From NCBI GenBank assembly GCA_018396535.1, contig JAGTQC010000003.1, positions 32,001-96,000 of the forward strand: DNA of 64,000 nucleotides, read 5' to 3'. How positions within the stretch are numbered: position 1 is the first letter of the stretch; each line of letters starts with the position of its first letter. Of the stretch, positions 1 through 9,876 are shown in pieces. The DNA is from Candidatus Bathyarchaeota archaeon (lineage in GTDB: Archaea; Thermoproteota; CALKCG01; B24; DRYS01). A program made the position numbers and the translations under genes. Under the pieces are notes generated by a model that had not been told where the DNA came from, did no database searches, and saw only the letters and a program-made list of their open reading frames with translations.

Positions 1-169
1 ACTATTGATATCATCTTACGGTTGGAGTAGGGTTGCGTCAGCTAAGGTTTCCGAGAAACTAGCTAAAACAAGTTTCGAGATGGTGGGGGTCGTAGAGTTT
101 CAAGGTCGACCGAGTATAGATGATTTGAGGAAGATTGGTGACGGTATTACTAGGTTACTTAGAGGCTAG
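1..169 (+). CDS. Partial CDS (3' end), probably the flavodoxin domain of an FprA/A-type flavoprotein
   Basis: Frame 2 reads LLISSYGWSRVASAKVSEKL...VEFQGRP...LLRG*; SYGW resembles the flavodoxin GSYGW FMN loop. Confidence 0.55.
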   Translation, partial: LLISSYGWSRVASAKVSEKLAKTSFEMVGVVEFQGRPSIDDLRKIGDGITRLLRG

Positions 170-214
170 ATTATAATCCGTAATAATCTCCCTCCTCTAA
201 CGTGGTGTTAAATA

Positions 215-925
215 TTGGTTTGGCTCCTAGCTAGAATCGATCCCCCAATTGTATGTCGTATAGTTAGAAGGCTGAATAGGTTCGTAGTCTTAGTCTCAGT
301 GGATGGAAAGCTTGTTAAAGCCTACCTAAATAATACTGGTAGGCTTAGAGATTATCTTATCGAGGGTAGGTTAGCATACGCTTCTACCGCTCCTCCTAAT
401 CGAAGAACAACCTATAATCTCTTCGCTATAGATGAGGATGGCTTAGCAGCTTTAATCGATACCCGTCTTCAAACAGTGTTCTTCGAGGAAGCCTTGAATA
501 GAGGGTTGATACCATGGCTTAGCGGGTTTAGGATAGTTAAAAGGAATGTTCGCCTCTATTCCTCGCTGATAGACTATCTACTTAAACTCGAAGAGAAGGA
601 TGTGTATATGGAGGTTAAAAGCGCGGTTATGAGGATTGATAGATCCGTAGCTTCATATCCAGATTGCCCATCGATTAGAGGTAGGAAGCATGTGGAGGAT
701 CTTATATCTGCTTCATCTAGAGGTTTAAACTGTGTTATCCTCTTCCTAGCCTCCCTACCCTATGTAGATACATTTAAACCTAATAGTAGTGTGGACCCGA
801 AGCTAACGGATCTATTGAAACTAGCTATTAGAGCAGGTGTTCTCGTTAAGGCTGTATCCATGTATTATGATCCATCGGATTCATCTATATATCTAGATAA
901 CCCTGAGCTTAGAGTAGAATTATAA
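215..925 (+). CDS. sfsA: SfsA family DNA/RNA nuclease (sugar fermentation stimulation protein)
   Basis: RLNRF, NTGRL, IDYLL, EVKS and YPDCPSIRGRKH motifs. Confidence 0.9.
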   Translation: MVWLLARIDPPIVCRIVRRLNRFVVLVSVDGKLVKAYLNNTGRLRDYLIEGRLAYASTAPPNRRTTYNLFAIDEDGLAALIDTRLQTVFFEEALNRGLIPWLSGFRIVKRNVRLYSSLIDYLLKLEEKDVYMEVKSAVMRIDRSVASYPDCPSIRGRKHVEDLISASSRGLNCVILFLASLPYVDTFKPNSSVDPKLTDLLKLAIRAGVLVKAVSMYYDPSDSSIYLDNPELRVEL

Positions 926-936
926 ATCAGGGTATA

Positions 937-1575
937 GTGGCTGTGATAGAGCAGCTCCTGGATAGGGTAAGGTATTTAATCGGGAGTAGTGTAGGGGAGA
1001 GAGTTAGACTTAGGATGGAGGAGTTTAGAAGACTGGGTAGGTATGGGTCTGATAAGGATCTATTCTTGGAGCTATGCTTCTGTATACTCACTGCCAGATT
1101 TAGTGCTGAAAGATGTATACGTATACAGGAGAGGATGGGTGAGGGGTTTATAACGCTACCGGAGGATTATCTAGCTAGAGAGTTGAAGAAGCTCGGTCAT
1201 AGGTATCCATATATCAGAGCTAGGTATATAGTTGAAGCTAGACGGCATATACATAAACTTAGATGGCTTATAGACTCCTTCGATAACGGTGTAGAAGCTA
1301 GATCCTGGCTTATCGAGAATATCAAGGGTCTAGGATATAAGGAGGCCAGCCATTTCTTAAGGAATGTAGGGTTTGATGATGTAGCTATAATCGATTTCCA
1401 TATACTAAACCTCCTAGCTAGGTATGGTATAATAGAGAAGCCTAAGACTTTAACTCCTAGAAGGTACCGTGAGATAGAATCTATACTTAGAGTTATAGCT
1501 TCAAAGCTGAATGTAACATTGGGTGAGCTAGACCTATACTTGTGGTATATAGAAACGGGAAAAATACTTAAGTAA
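937..1575 (+). CDS. ogg: N-glycosylase/DNA lyase (8-oxoguanine DNA glycosylase, Ogg2 type)
   Basis: ELCFCILTA, HhH GLGYKEASHFLRNVG, IIDFHI, C-terminal LDLYLWYxETGKILK. Confidence 0.92.
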   Translation: MAVIEQLLDRVRYLIGSSVGERVRLRMEEFRRLGRYGSDKDLFLELCFCILTARFSAERCIRIQERMGEGFITLPEDYLARELKKLGHRYPYIRARYIVEARRHIHKLRWLIDSFDNGVEARSWLIENIKGLGYKEASHFLRNVGFDDVAIIDFHILNLLARYGIIEKPKTLTPRRYREIESILRVIASKLNVTLGELDLYLWYIETGKILK

Positions 1576-1598
1576 TTTATGGAATCGAGTAATCCTCC

Positions 1599-2255
1599 CT
1601 ATTTAAGTTCGTATGCAAATATTATATCATTCCTTCGAGGTATACCGAATCTACCTACCTCCTCGTGAGCGAGATCACGAGTGTATAGTATCTTACCACC
1701 GAGCATATACTCCGCTATGAAGGCTGGTATATTATCATTTTCATGGGATACTATAAGTCTCTTAACATTATTTTCGTAAGCTATCTGCTTCAGCTTATCT
1801 ATCATAAGTCTGAATAATCCTGTGCCTTGGTATCTTGGGTGAACGCTCATCTTCCAGTATTGTATAGAGATATTCTCCTCTGGATCCATGGTGAAGAGGA
1901 AATCTAGGAATCCAGCTGGCTCTCCATCTATGTAAATGCATAGTGTCTTTACGTTATACTCTTTATGCTTATATGGGTAGAAGTCTGGTGGAATCCACTC
2001 CCTGGATAGATCGATACTCTCGGCTGGAGGGTATCCGAGGATATCCCATAGCGTCTCAAATACACTTCTCTTCTTCGGATCTTGCTTCATCTTATCTGTA
2101 ATCTCGATTTGTATATCTCCGCTTATCTCGGGTCTAGATATATGGTGTGCTCCGATGATAGCTACTCTGGCACACCTATAGCATAGATATTCTCCATCTA
2201 TAGCGCATCTATACTGTGCTATCCTACCACATCTTGTGCATATAGGTATCTCCAT
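1599..2255 (-). CDS. GNAT acetyltransferase with N-terminal Cys-rich zinc finger
   Basis: N-terminal CxxC-x7-C-x7-CxxC; acetyl-CoA motif VHPRYQGTGL; N-x-P-A motif. Confidence 0.75.
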   Translation of the reverse strand: MEIPICTRCGRIAQYRCAIDGEYLCYRCARVAIIGAHHISRPEISGDIQIEITDKMKQDPKKRSVFETLWDILGYPPAESIDLSREWIPPDFYPYKHKEYNVKTLCIYIDGEPAGFLDFLFTMDPEENISIQYWKMSVHPRYQGTGLFRLMIDKLKQIAYENNVKRLIVSHENDNIPAFIAEYMLGGKILYTRDLAHEEVGRFGIPRRNDIIFAYELK

Positions 2256-2384
2256 ACATGATACACCTCGAAGATTAGGATCAAAGGATAGCTGAACTCG
2301 AGTGGTATAAGTTTTCTCTATCCAGTTATATCAGGAGAAAATTCTAAGCTAGCAACATAATATATATATAGATGGTTTAGCGGC

Positions 2385-3017
2385 ATGAATATCCTTAATG
2401 TAGTGAAGGTAGTTGTAGGTCCTCTAGCAACGAACTGTTATATAGTATGGTGTGAATCTACACGTGAATCCTGTATAATAGATCCAGGTTTCGAAGGGGA
2501 GGTTATAATCGAGAGGGTTGAAGATCTAGATTTACATGTGACTACGCTATTATGTACTCATGCACATTTCGATCATATAGGAGCTGCAAGCTTCATTAGG
2601 GATAGGTTTGAAGCAAAACTATGTATTCATGAAGCTGATACACCCTACCTAGATACATATTCTAGGATGGCTGAAGATTTCGGTTTCAATAGGGTAGATA
2701 CACCTAGTCCAGATATACTTCTAAAGGATGGCGTTATCCTACGTATAGGTGAATCGAAGTTGAAAATTATACATACGCCTGGGCATACGCCTGGAAGCTG
2801 CTCTATAATCTCTGAAGGTAGAGTATTTACTGGTGATACATTATTCTCGGGTAGTACTGGTAGATGGGATCTACCAGGTGGTAGTTTCTACTATCTCAAA
2901 CTTTCGTTAAAGCGGTTGATGATGTTACCTACCGATACGCTGATCCTACCTGGTCACGGGCCATATACTACGATATGGAGGGAGAGAATGTATAATCCAT
3001 TGATAAGGTGTCTATGA
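2385..3017 (+). CDS. MBL-fold metallo-hydrolase (glyoxalase II-like)
   Basis: THAHFDHIG, HTPGHTPG, FTGDTLF, PGHG. Confidence 0.92.
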   Translation: MNILNVVKVVVGPLATNCYIVWCESTRESCIIDPGFEGEVIIERVEDLDLHVTTLLCTHAHFDHIGAASFIRDRFEAKLCIHEADTPYLDTYSRMAEDFGFNRVDTPSPDILLKDGVILRIGESKLKIIHTPGHTPGSCSIISEGRVFTGDTLFSGSTGRWDLPGGSFYYLKLSLKRLMMLPTDTLILPGHGPYTTIWRERMYNPLIRCL

Positions 3018-3092
3018 GCATCGGTGGTTTACCCTTGTAGGGATGTTAAACTTTAAGATGGTTATTGTATGTGTATAGTAGTGTTGTGGGGT

Positions 3093-3365
3093 ATGCCTCG
3101 TTATATACTGAGGGTTTGTATGCCTGCTAGGGATTGGCATAGAGTATCTGATTTCGTATCCGATATAAAGAATTCCAGGGTTATAAAACGTATAGTGACG
3201 AGAATATTTCCTGATAGACCTGATTTAGATGCGTTAGAATTGGTTCTTTTAATCGAGTGTTCGAAGAGTTATGTGTTGGAGATCGAGAGGGAGCTGGCAT
3301 CTAGGACTTGCGGTACCATAGGCTTCTTCGTGATATATCCTCTAACCGATAACTCGATGGCTTAA
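3093..3365 (+). CDS. Small hypothetical protein
   Basis: ORF fills the gap between co-oriented genes; ATG at 3093 chosen over the track start 3069 (uncertain). Confidence 0.55.
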   Translation: MPRYILRVCMPARDWHRVSDFVSDIKNSRVIKRIVTRIFPDRPDLDALELVLLIECSKSYVLEIERELASRTCGTIGFFVIYPLTDNSMA

Positions 3366-3403
3366 CTCTTGGAGAAACTAATTATATGTGTAGGTGGATA
3401 AGT

Positions 3404-5290
3404 ATGCCCTATAATACCGTTATCATAGATACATCATCTAGTCCGTATGCTAAGCTTCACCCTATACCTATCGAAGAAGTACGTCTTGAAGATGGATTTT
3501 GGGCTCCTAGGCTTAAGATTCTTAGAGAGGTTACCATTCCATCTCAGTACAGTCTACTTGAGAGTACTGGGCGTATCGATAACTTTAGACGTGCAGCAGG
3601 GAAGGTATCTAAACCGTTTTCAGGCTTGATCTTCAACGATAGCGATGTATATAAGTGGATAGAAGCTGTAGCATTCCTTCTCGCATATGGTTTCGATGAG
3701 AATCTCTACAAGCTCTCCAGATCTGTTGTAGAGGAGGTTGTAGCTGCTCAGGATGATGATGGTTATCTCAATACATACTTCATGTTTGAATTTAAGAATA
3801 TGAGATGGCGTAACCTTAGAGATAGCCATGAGTTATACTGTGCTGGCCATCTTATGCAAGCTGGGGTAGCATACTATAGATCTACCGGTAGGAGGGATCT
3901 TCTCGATTCTGCTATAAGGTTTGCGGATAACATATACGATACATTCGTAGCTAAAGGCTTCCGATGCGTAGATGGTCATCCTGAAGTTGAGATGGCTTTA
4001 GTAGAATTATACCGTACGATCAGGGATAGTAGGTATCTAGATCTAGCATGCTTCTTCATAGATAATCGAGGTCTAGGTCTTATAGGTGGAAGTCCATACC
4101 ATATAGATCACAAACCGTTTAGAGAGCTTTCAGAGATAGTGGGGCATGCGGTACGTGCACTCTACTTGAATTGTGGAGCTACAGATGTATACATGGAGAT
4201 AGGGGATGATAGGATTTGGGAAGCGTTACAGCGTCTATGGCGTAGTATGGTGTATCGTAAGATGTATATAACGGGGGGTGTCGGATCCAGGTATGAGGGT
4301 GAAGCCTTCGGTGATGATTATGAGCTTCCAAATTATAGAGCATATTCTGAAACTTGTGCTGCGATAGCTAGCTTCATGTGGAATTGGAGGATGCTTAACG
4401 CTAGTATGGATGCATGCTATACGGATATTATGGAGCTTGCATTGTATAACGCTATCCTATCAGGTATATCGTTGGATGGTAGATCATACTTCTATGTAAA
4501 CCCGTTAGCGGATAGGGGTCGTCATAGGAGGCAGGATTGGTTTACATGTGCATGCTGCCCACCTAATATAGCTAGGCTTATAGCTTCGATCCCAGGGTAT
4601 ATCTATTCTAAATCCGTAGATGGGTTATGGGTTAACCTGTATATTCAGAGTACGGTTTCTACTAATCTAGAATGTGGTAGAGTTAGGTTGAAGCAGGTTA
4701 CCGATTACCCATGGGATGGTAGGGTGAAGCTTATTGTCGAGCCGGAGAGGGAGGATGAATTCTCCATATACATACGTATACCTGGATGGTGTCGTAACTT
4801 TAGCGTAGAGGTTGATAGGGAGAGGATCGATGCTAAGGTTAGGCCGCCGTCATATCTAGAGGTTAGACGGGTATGGAGGTATGGGGATTACATAAGTTTG
4901 TATATGGATATGCCTGTAGAGCTTATGGTTTCTCATCCATGGGTTACCGAGAATAGTAGTAGAGTCTCTATAGTGAGAGGTCCGTTAGTATATTGTGTAG
5001 AGCAGGTTGATAATGAGGGGTTTGATATATGGGATCTAGCTATCGATCGTAGTATAAGATTCGAGTTGAAGCTATGTGAGGATTTTTTAGGACGTATAGT
5101 GAGGATAGTGGGGGATGGGTATACCTTAGAGTTTGAAGGTGGAGAGATGCTCTATACCAATATAGATAATCTACGTTATAGGGTTAGAAGGGTTAGGTTT
5201 AATGCTATACCCTACTATGCTTGGGCGAATAGGGGTCCTGGATCTATGATCGTATGGATCCGTTTAATCGATGGGTATTTGAAAGTATAG
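3404..5290 (+). CDS. Glycoside hydrolase family 127 (beta-L-arabinofuranosidase, HypBA1-like)
   Basis: DSDVYKWIEA, HELYCAGH, GHPEVE, GHAVR, EAFG, SETCA, CACCPPN Zn/Cys nucleophile motif. Confidence 0.93.
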   Translation: MPYNTVIIDTSSSPYAKLHPIPIEEVRLEDGFWAPRLKILREVTIPSQYSLLESTGRIDNFRRAAGKVSKPFSGLIFNDSDVYKWIEAVAFLLAYGFDENLYKLSRSVVEEVVAAQDDDGYLNTYFMFEFKNMRWRNLRDSHELYCAGHLMQAGVAYYRSTGRRDLLDSAIRFADNIYDTFVAKGFRCVDGHPEVEMALVELYRTIRDSRYLDLACFFIDNRGLGLIGGSPYHIDHKPFRELSEIVGHAVRALYLNCGATDVYMEIGDDRIWEALQRLWRSMVYRKMYITGGVGSRYEGEAFGDDYELPNYRAYSETCAAIASFMWNWRMLNASMDACYTDIMELALYNAILSGISLDGRSYFYVNPLADRGRHRRQDWFTCACCPPNIARLIASIPGYIYSKSVDGLWVNLYIQSTVSTNLECGRVRLKQVTDYPWDGRVKLIVEPEREDEFSIYIRIPGWCRNFSVEVDRERIDAKVRPPSYLEVRRVWRYGDYISLYMDMPVELMVSHPWVTENSSRVSIVRGPLVYCVEQVDNEGFDIWDLAIDRSIRFELKLCEDFLGRIVRIVGDGYTLEFEGGEMLYTNIDNLRYRVRRVRFNAIPYYAWANRGPGSMIVWIRLIDGYLKV

Positions 5291-5295
5291 TCTTG

Positions 5296-6699
5296 TTATC
5301 TGAAGTGTTTAGCCATCTCCTCGTTCTCGCTTATGGATAGTAGAGCGTTTATTACGCCTTCAGCCTGCCTGGTATTCTTTGTTCTAACATCTACTATCAC
5401 CCAGTTGAATAGCGTATCTCTCCCACCTTCTAGATATGCTTCGAGAGCCCACTCCATCCTAAGGAGTCTGGGGTAGATTACGTAGTTCATTATACGTTTA
5501 GGTAGCTTCTTTACTCCAATCCTATGTACACCCTTTCCATCTATCTCTACAGGTATCTCTACAGCTACGTTATCTGGTATACCCTCTACTACTCCTTGAT
5601 TCGTAACGTTAACCTGGTAGACCCCCCTTATATCGTTTACTATAGAGTCTATGATAGGTACTATCGATTCTCTACTCTTCCTAGGTTGTAGTAGTTGAGT
5701 TAGCGGTGTCGTTTCATCTTTTATAGCGGATATAGCTTTATTCAGCCATTCTTCATGTCTATCTAGGTAGATCTTCCATCCGATCTCTGAATCTGGTCCA
5801 CCGGTAGGTCCGAACCATCTCTTCTTAACTCTCAGATTCCAGTGGTATTTCCATGTTCCTCCACGTACTGTATCACCTACAGGGTATAATCCGTAGCATC
5901 TATACATATCTACTGCAGCTGGAGACATCTGTATATCGAATGGGCTTCTCTGCTTTCTACGCCATATCCTCCAGTACCTCTCTGAATCCTTCTCTATCCA
6001 TTCATCTATGAGTGGGTATGCATCCCTATCATCATACCTAAACTTTGTAAGCCAGATTACATGGTTGAATCCTATACACTCGAACTCGACCTTCTCCGGA
6101 TCTAATCCTATCGTCTCCGCTATCTCGGAGTAGCCTAGATGCCCATGGCATAAGCCTACAACCTTAACCTTTGTCTCCCTGGAGAGTAGTGTTGTTCCCT
6201 CGAATACAGGGTTTGCTAGTAGGAATAGCCATGCATCTCTGCTTAGATCCTCTACATCTCTAGCTATATCCATCATGAGTTTGAACTGGTAGTAGCCCCA
6301 TATCGTATGGTAGTCTGATACCATATTCCACTCGACGCTGTTTATACCTCTATAGTAGCCGTATTCTTCGCATATACTCCGCATCCTCTCGTAGTATCCA
6401 TGCCCGCGGGCTAGGGCTGTATTTATAACGAAATCTGCATCCTCTATGGATTCCCTCCTATCAAGCGTCTTCTCGAATTTGAATTCAGCTTTAACTTCGG
6501 ATGCATATCTCCTTGCGAAATCGTATACGAGGTTTAGCCTCTCCTCGTTTATATCCATGAAGGAGATCGTGCTCCCGTAGAGGCTGGGTGTGAGGCATAG
6601 GTCGCGGATTAGGGTTGCAGACCAAGCTATACTACCAGCGCCTATTACAGAAATCTTTATATCTATCATAGATTCCACCGAACGATATAGATCATCCAC
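5296..6699 (-). CDS. Glycoside hydrolase family 4 (NAD-dependent alpha-glucuronidase/alpha-glucosidase)
   Basis: IGAGS, GYYRGI..VSDY, ANPVFEGT, GLCHGH, GFNH; resembles Thermotoga-type GH4. True start may be 6669. Confidence 0.9.
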   Translation of the reverse strand: MDDLYRSVESMIDIKISVIGAGSIAWSATLIRDLCLTPSLYGSTISFMDINEERLNLVYDFARRYASEVKAEFKFEKTLDRRESIEDADFVINTALARGHGYYERMRSICEEYGYYRGINSVEWNMVSDYHTIWGYYQFKLMMDIARDVEDLSRDAWLFLLANPVFEGTTLLSRETKVKVVGLCHGHLGYSEIAETIGLDPEKVEFECIGFNHVIWLTKFRYDDRDAYPLIDEWIEKDSERYWRIWRRKQRSPFDIQMSPAAVDMYRCYGLYPVGDTVRGGTWKYHWNLRVKKRWFGPTGGPDSEIGWKIYLDRHEEWLNKAISAIKDETTPLTQLLQPRKSRESIVPIIDSIVNDIRGVYQVNVTNQGVVEGIPDNVAVEIPVEIDGKGVHRIGVKKLPKRIMNYVIYPRLLRMEWALEAYLEGGRDTLFNWVIVDVRTKNTRQAEGVINALLSISENEEMAKHFR

Positions 6700-6759
6700 T
6701 AATCCTCTTAAGCTTTACGTATATGGTCTAGGATCTGCTAGGTTTATTATCGTATTAGG

Positions 6760-7149
6760 TTAGCCTATTAGGCGGTCTATTATAGTCTTAACCTTCTCTA
6801 TCTTCTTCAACATATGCTCCAGATACTCTATACCTTCATCTGTTATAGTGTATATCCTTTTAGCTGGGCCTCCATCATCTGTCTCCCATCTAGAGTGTAG
6901 TAAGCCGTGTGCTTCTAGTTTACGTAGTAACCCGTATACGAGTGGTTTAGGTACATCTAGATTATACTTCTCCTTTAGGAGTGAGTGTATTTCGCTTCCA
7001 TGCATAGACTTCTCCTTAACTAGTTTGAGTATAGCTATGTGGAGTAGTCCACGTATAGGTCCGAGATGTATCGGGGGGTGGTGTGGATGGGGTAGCCTAT
7101 GCTCGCATCCATGTGGATGTTTAGGGTGTATGTGTGGATCTATACACAT
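6760..7149 (-). CDS. PadR family transcriptional regulator with His/Pro-rich N-terminus
   Basis: MHGSEI, VYGLLRKLE, GPAKRIYTITDEG. Confidence 0.88.
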   Translation of the reverse strand: MCIDPHIHPKHPHGCEHRLPHPHHPPIHLGPIRGLLHIAILKLVKEKSMHGSEIHSLLKEKYNLDVPKPLVYGLLRKLEAHGLLHSRWETDDGGPAKRIYTITDEGIEYLEHMLKKIEKVKTIIDRLIG

Positions 7150-7155
7150 GTCTAC

Positions 7156-7189
7156 TCAGATATCTAGGTATATCAGATATCTAGATATA
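7156..7189. promoter_or_regulatory. 17-bp tandem repeat with palindromic core, candidate PadR operator
   Basis: TCAGATATCTAGGTATA then TCAGATATCTAGATATA (1 mismatch), each containing AGATATCT, just upstream of the padR start. Confidence 0.55.
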
Positions 7190-7277
7190 AGTGTTTACCA
7201 TCATCGAGGATAGAGATTGTTTCTAAAGATTTAAGTCTAGTAGATGGGTGTTAACTCTCTCTTCTAGGGGGTTATGG

Positions 7278-8801
7278 ATGGGGTGTTGTAGGTTAGTCGT
7301 AGGGTTGGATGAACGTGTAAGCGATATAGATCCTAATATCTTTGGGCATTTTATCGAGCATCTTGGGCGTTGTATATATCATGGTATATGGGTTGGTAGA
7401 GGTTCTGATATACCTAATATTGATGGTTTGAGGATGGATGTAGTAGAGGCTTTCAGATCTATCGGTGTGCCTATTATTAGATGGCCTGGCGGCTGTTTCG
7501 CGGATACGTATCACTGGATGGATGGTGTTGGTCCTGTGGAGCGTAGGCCTAGGAGGGTTAATATATGGTGGGGTGGTGAGGAGACTAACGAGTTTGGGAC
7601 GGATGAGTTTATTAAGTTATGTAGGCTTGTAGGTGCTGAGCCGTATATATGCGTGAATGTTGGCTCCGGTAGTCCTGAGGAGGCTGCTGCTTGGCTTGAA
7701 TACTGTAACTATACTGGTGGTAGTAGGTATGCGAGGCTTAGGGTTGAGAATGGTTATCCAGAGCCGTATAGGGTTAGGTATTGGGGTGTTGGTAATGAGA
7801 GTTGGGGTTGTGGCGGATCGTTTGATCCTGTATACTATGCTTGGGAGTATCGTAGGTTTGCTACATTTCTTAAACAGACTGATCCATCGGTTAAACTAGT
7901 AGCTTGCGGGCATACATCTACCGATTGGAATCTACGCTTAATGGAGTCTTTGAGGAATTTCATCCATCTAATCGATTACCTATCTATACACTACTACTTC
8001 TTCCGTAATCATCAACGTTATGGTGGTGATGTTGATTTCACAGATGAGCAGTATCTGAATCTTTTATTCGATATTCAGCATCTAGAGTATGAGATTAAGC
8101 AGGCTATATCTATAGTAGACTTCTTCTCCGAGGGTAGGAAGGATGTATGGATAGCTGTGGATGAGTGGGGTGTATGGCATCCTCAAGCTACTACCGAGAA
8201 TGGATTATACCAGCAGAATACTCTTAGAGATGCTATACTAGCAGCATCCATCCTCAACCTATTCATCAAATATTCGAGGAGGGTTAGGATGGCTAATATA
8301 GCTCAAGCTGTTAACGTACTACAGAGTATATGTTTAACTAGGGGTAGGGATACGGTTCTAACACCTACATACCATGTTTTCAAATTGTATAAGCCTCATA
8401 TAGCTGGTATAGCTTTGGGAACGAGGGTTGAATCCCCCGTCATAAAGGAGCCATCTAGAGATGATTTCGTAGGTCTCCGCGGTGTTCGTAGAAGGCTTGA
8501 ATCTCTGAAAGCTATAGATGCATCAGCATCTATAGATCTAAATAGTAGTAGACTAGTTATAACTATAGTGAATAGAAGTCTAGATGAAGATATCGATATA
8601 GAAGTGGTAGTTAACGGAGGATACAGGATAGCTGAGAGTGAATACGCATACATAACATCTAAAAGTGTAAGATCCTACAACGATTTCGATACACCTAACA
8701 ATATACGTATAACCGAGGAATCCATAGATATCAAGAGTAACAGATTCACCCTAAACCTTCAGAAACATTCGATAAATAGGCTAATACTAAAGCTAAGCTG
8801 A
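7278..8801 (+). CDS. abfA: Glycoside hydrolase family 51 alpha-L-arabinofuranosidase
   Basis: FIEHLGRCIY, RWPGGCFAD, GNE acid/base, DEWGVW nucleophile, MANIAQ; ATG at 7278 follows GGGGG. Confidence 0.93.
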   Translation: MGCCRLVVGLDERVSDIDPNIFGHFIEHLGRCIYHGIWVGRGSDIPNIDGLRMDVVEAFRSIGVPIIRWPGGCFADTYHWMDGVGPVERRPRRVNIWWGGEETNEFGTDEFIKLCRLVGAEPYICVNVGSGSPEEAAAWLEYCNYTGGSRYARLRVENGYPEPYRVRYWGVGNESWGCGGSFDPVYYAWEYRRFATFLKQTDPSVKLVACGHTSTDWNLRLMESLRNFIHLIDYLSIHYYFFRNHQRYGGDVDFTDEQYLNLLFDIQHLEYEIKQAISIVDFFSEGRKDVWIAVDEWGVWHPQATTENGLYQQNTLRDAILAASILNLFIKYSRRVRMANIAQAVNVLQSICLTRGRDTVLTPTYHVFKLYKPHIAGIALGTRVESPVIKEPSRDDFVGLRGVRRRLESLKAIDASASIDLNSSRLVITIVNRSLDEDIDIEVVVNGGYRIAESEYAYITSKSVRSYNDFDTPNNIRITEESIDIKSNRFTLNLQKHSINRLILKLS

Positions 8802-8870
8802 TGGTTGAAATCCATATAGAATGTTATGGAAAAACTAGGAGGGGGTATACCAGATACCTATATACATAGA

Positions 8871-8943
8871 AGCCGGGGAGGGGATTCGAACCCCTGTGAT
8901 GCGGGTCTGCAGCCCGCCGCCTACGCCTCTCAGCCACCCCGGC
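8871..8943 (-). tRNA. tRNA-Cys (GCA)
   Basis: Reverse complement folds as a cloverleaf: GCCGGGG acceptor, GCGGG-CT-GCA-GA-CCCGC anticodon arm, GTTCGAATC T-loop, U73. Confidence 0.95.
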
Positions 8944-9042
8944 TCTACTATAGGAGGATAGGTGCTCGACTTCTATTAAGGTTTAACTCTATAACCAGGC
9001 TTAGCTTTTTATACAGTGAAGCTTCAACTTATGGCTATCTAG

Positions 9043-9876
9043 GTGGTGTATATGAAGCTAATCTTCGGCGCTATGAACGATCCATCTAAGGATATAGTAG
9101 AGGAGGTTAGATCTATAGCGTTACTCGGCTTCGACTATATAGATCTTACAGTAGAGGGTCCTAGAGCTTCTACTAGAGATATCATGGATAGGTTGAGAGA
9201 GTTGAGGGATGAGATATCTAGATTAGATCTGGATATAGTAGGTCATACAGCATGGTTTCTAGAATTAGCCCATCCATATGAACGTATACGTAGAGTTTTC
9301 CTAGAGGAAGCTTTAGAAGCTTTAGATATACTAGCTAAGCTAGATGTCGATAAGGTTACGTTCCACCCATTTCTTCTAGCTTCAAGCTTGTATCGTAGAC
9401 AACCTTATAGATCTAAACTTCTAGAATACCTCATATCATCCCTTAGGGAGGTTAGTATTAGAGCAGACGATAACGGTATGAAGGTTATGATAGAGAATAT
9501 GGATGGTGGTAGGATGTGGCGTATAGATGAGTATGCTAGGATTATTAGCGAAGTAGATGTATACTTCCATCTAGATGTAGCTCATGCAAACCTGGATGTA
9601 GAATCGCTTAATCTACGATCATTTCTAGATAGATTCAAGCCTGGTGATAGACTCCTCCATATACATATATCCGATAATGTAGGAGGATCAGCATCTAAGG
9701 GTTGGGATCTACATCTACCGATAGGTGTAGGATCGATAGATTGGGAGGAGGTATTCAGAATACTAAAGGATTACGGTTATAGTGGAACTATAACGCTAGA
9801 AGTATTCTCTAAGGATAGGGATTATCTTAGGATGAGTCTAGATAAGGTTAGGAATCTATCATCGAGGATAGCTTAG
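9043..9876 (+). CDS. Sugar phosphate isomerase/epimerase (xylose isomerase-like TIM barrel)
   Basis: IENM, LDVAHA, HIHISDN, DLHLPIGVGSIDW, TLEV. Confidence 0.85.
   Translation: MVYMKLIFGAMNDPSKDIVEEVRSIALLGFDYIDLTVEGPRASTRDIMDRLRELRDEISRLDLDIVGHTAWFLELAHPYERIRRVFLEEALEALDILAKLDVDKVTFHPFLLASSLYRRQPYRSKLLEYLISSLREVSIRADDNGMKVMIENMDGGRMWRIDEYARIISEVDVYFHLDVAHANLDVESLNLRSFLDRFKPGDRLLHIHISDNVGGSASKGWDLHLPIGVGSIDWEEVFRILKDYGYSGTITLEVFSKDRDYLRMSLDKVRNLSSRIA

Noticed and set aside
8826-9089. 87-aa ORF
   Set aside because: Lies antisense over tRNA-Cys; spurious
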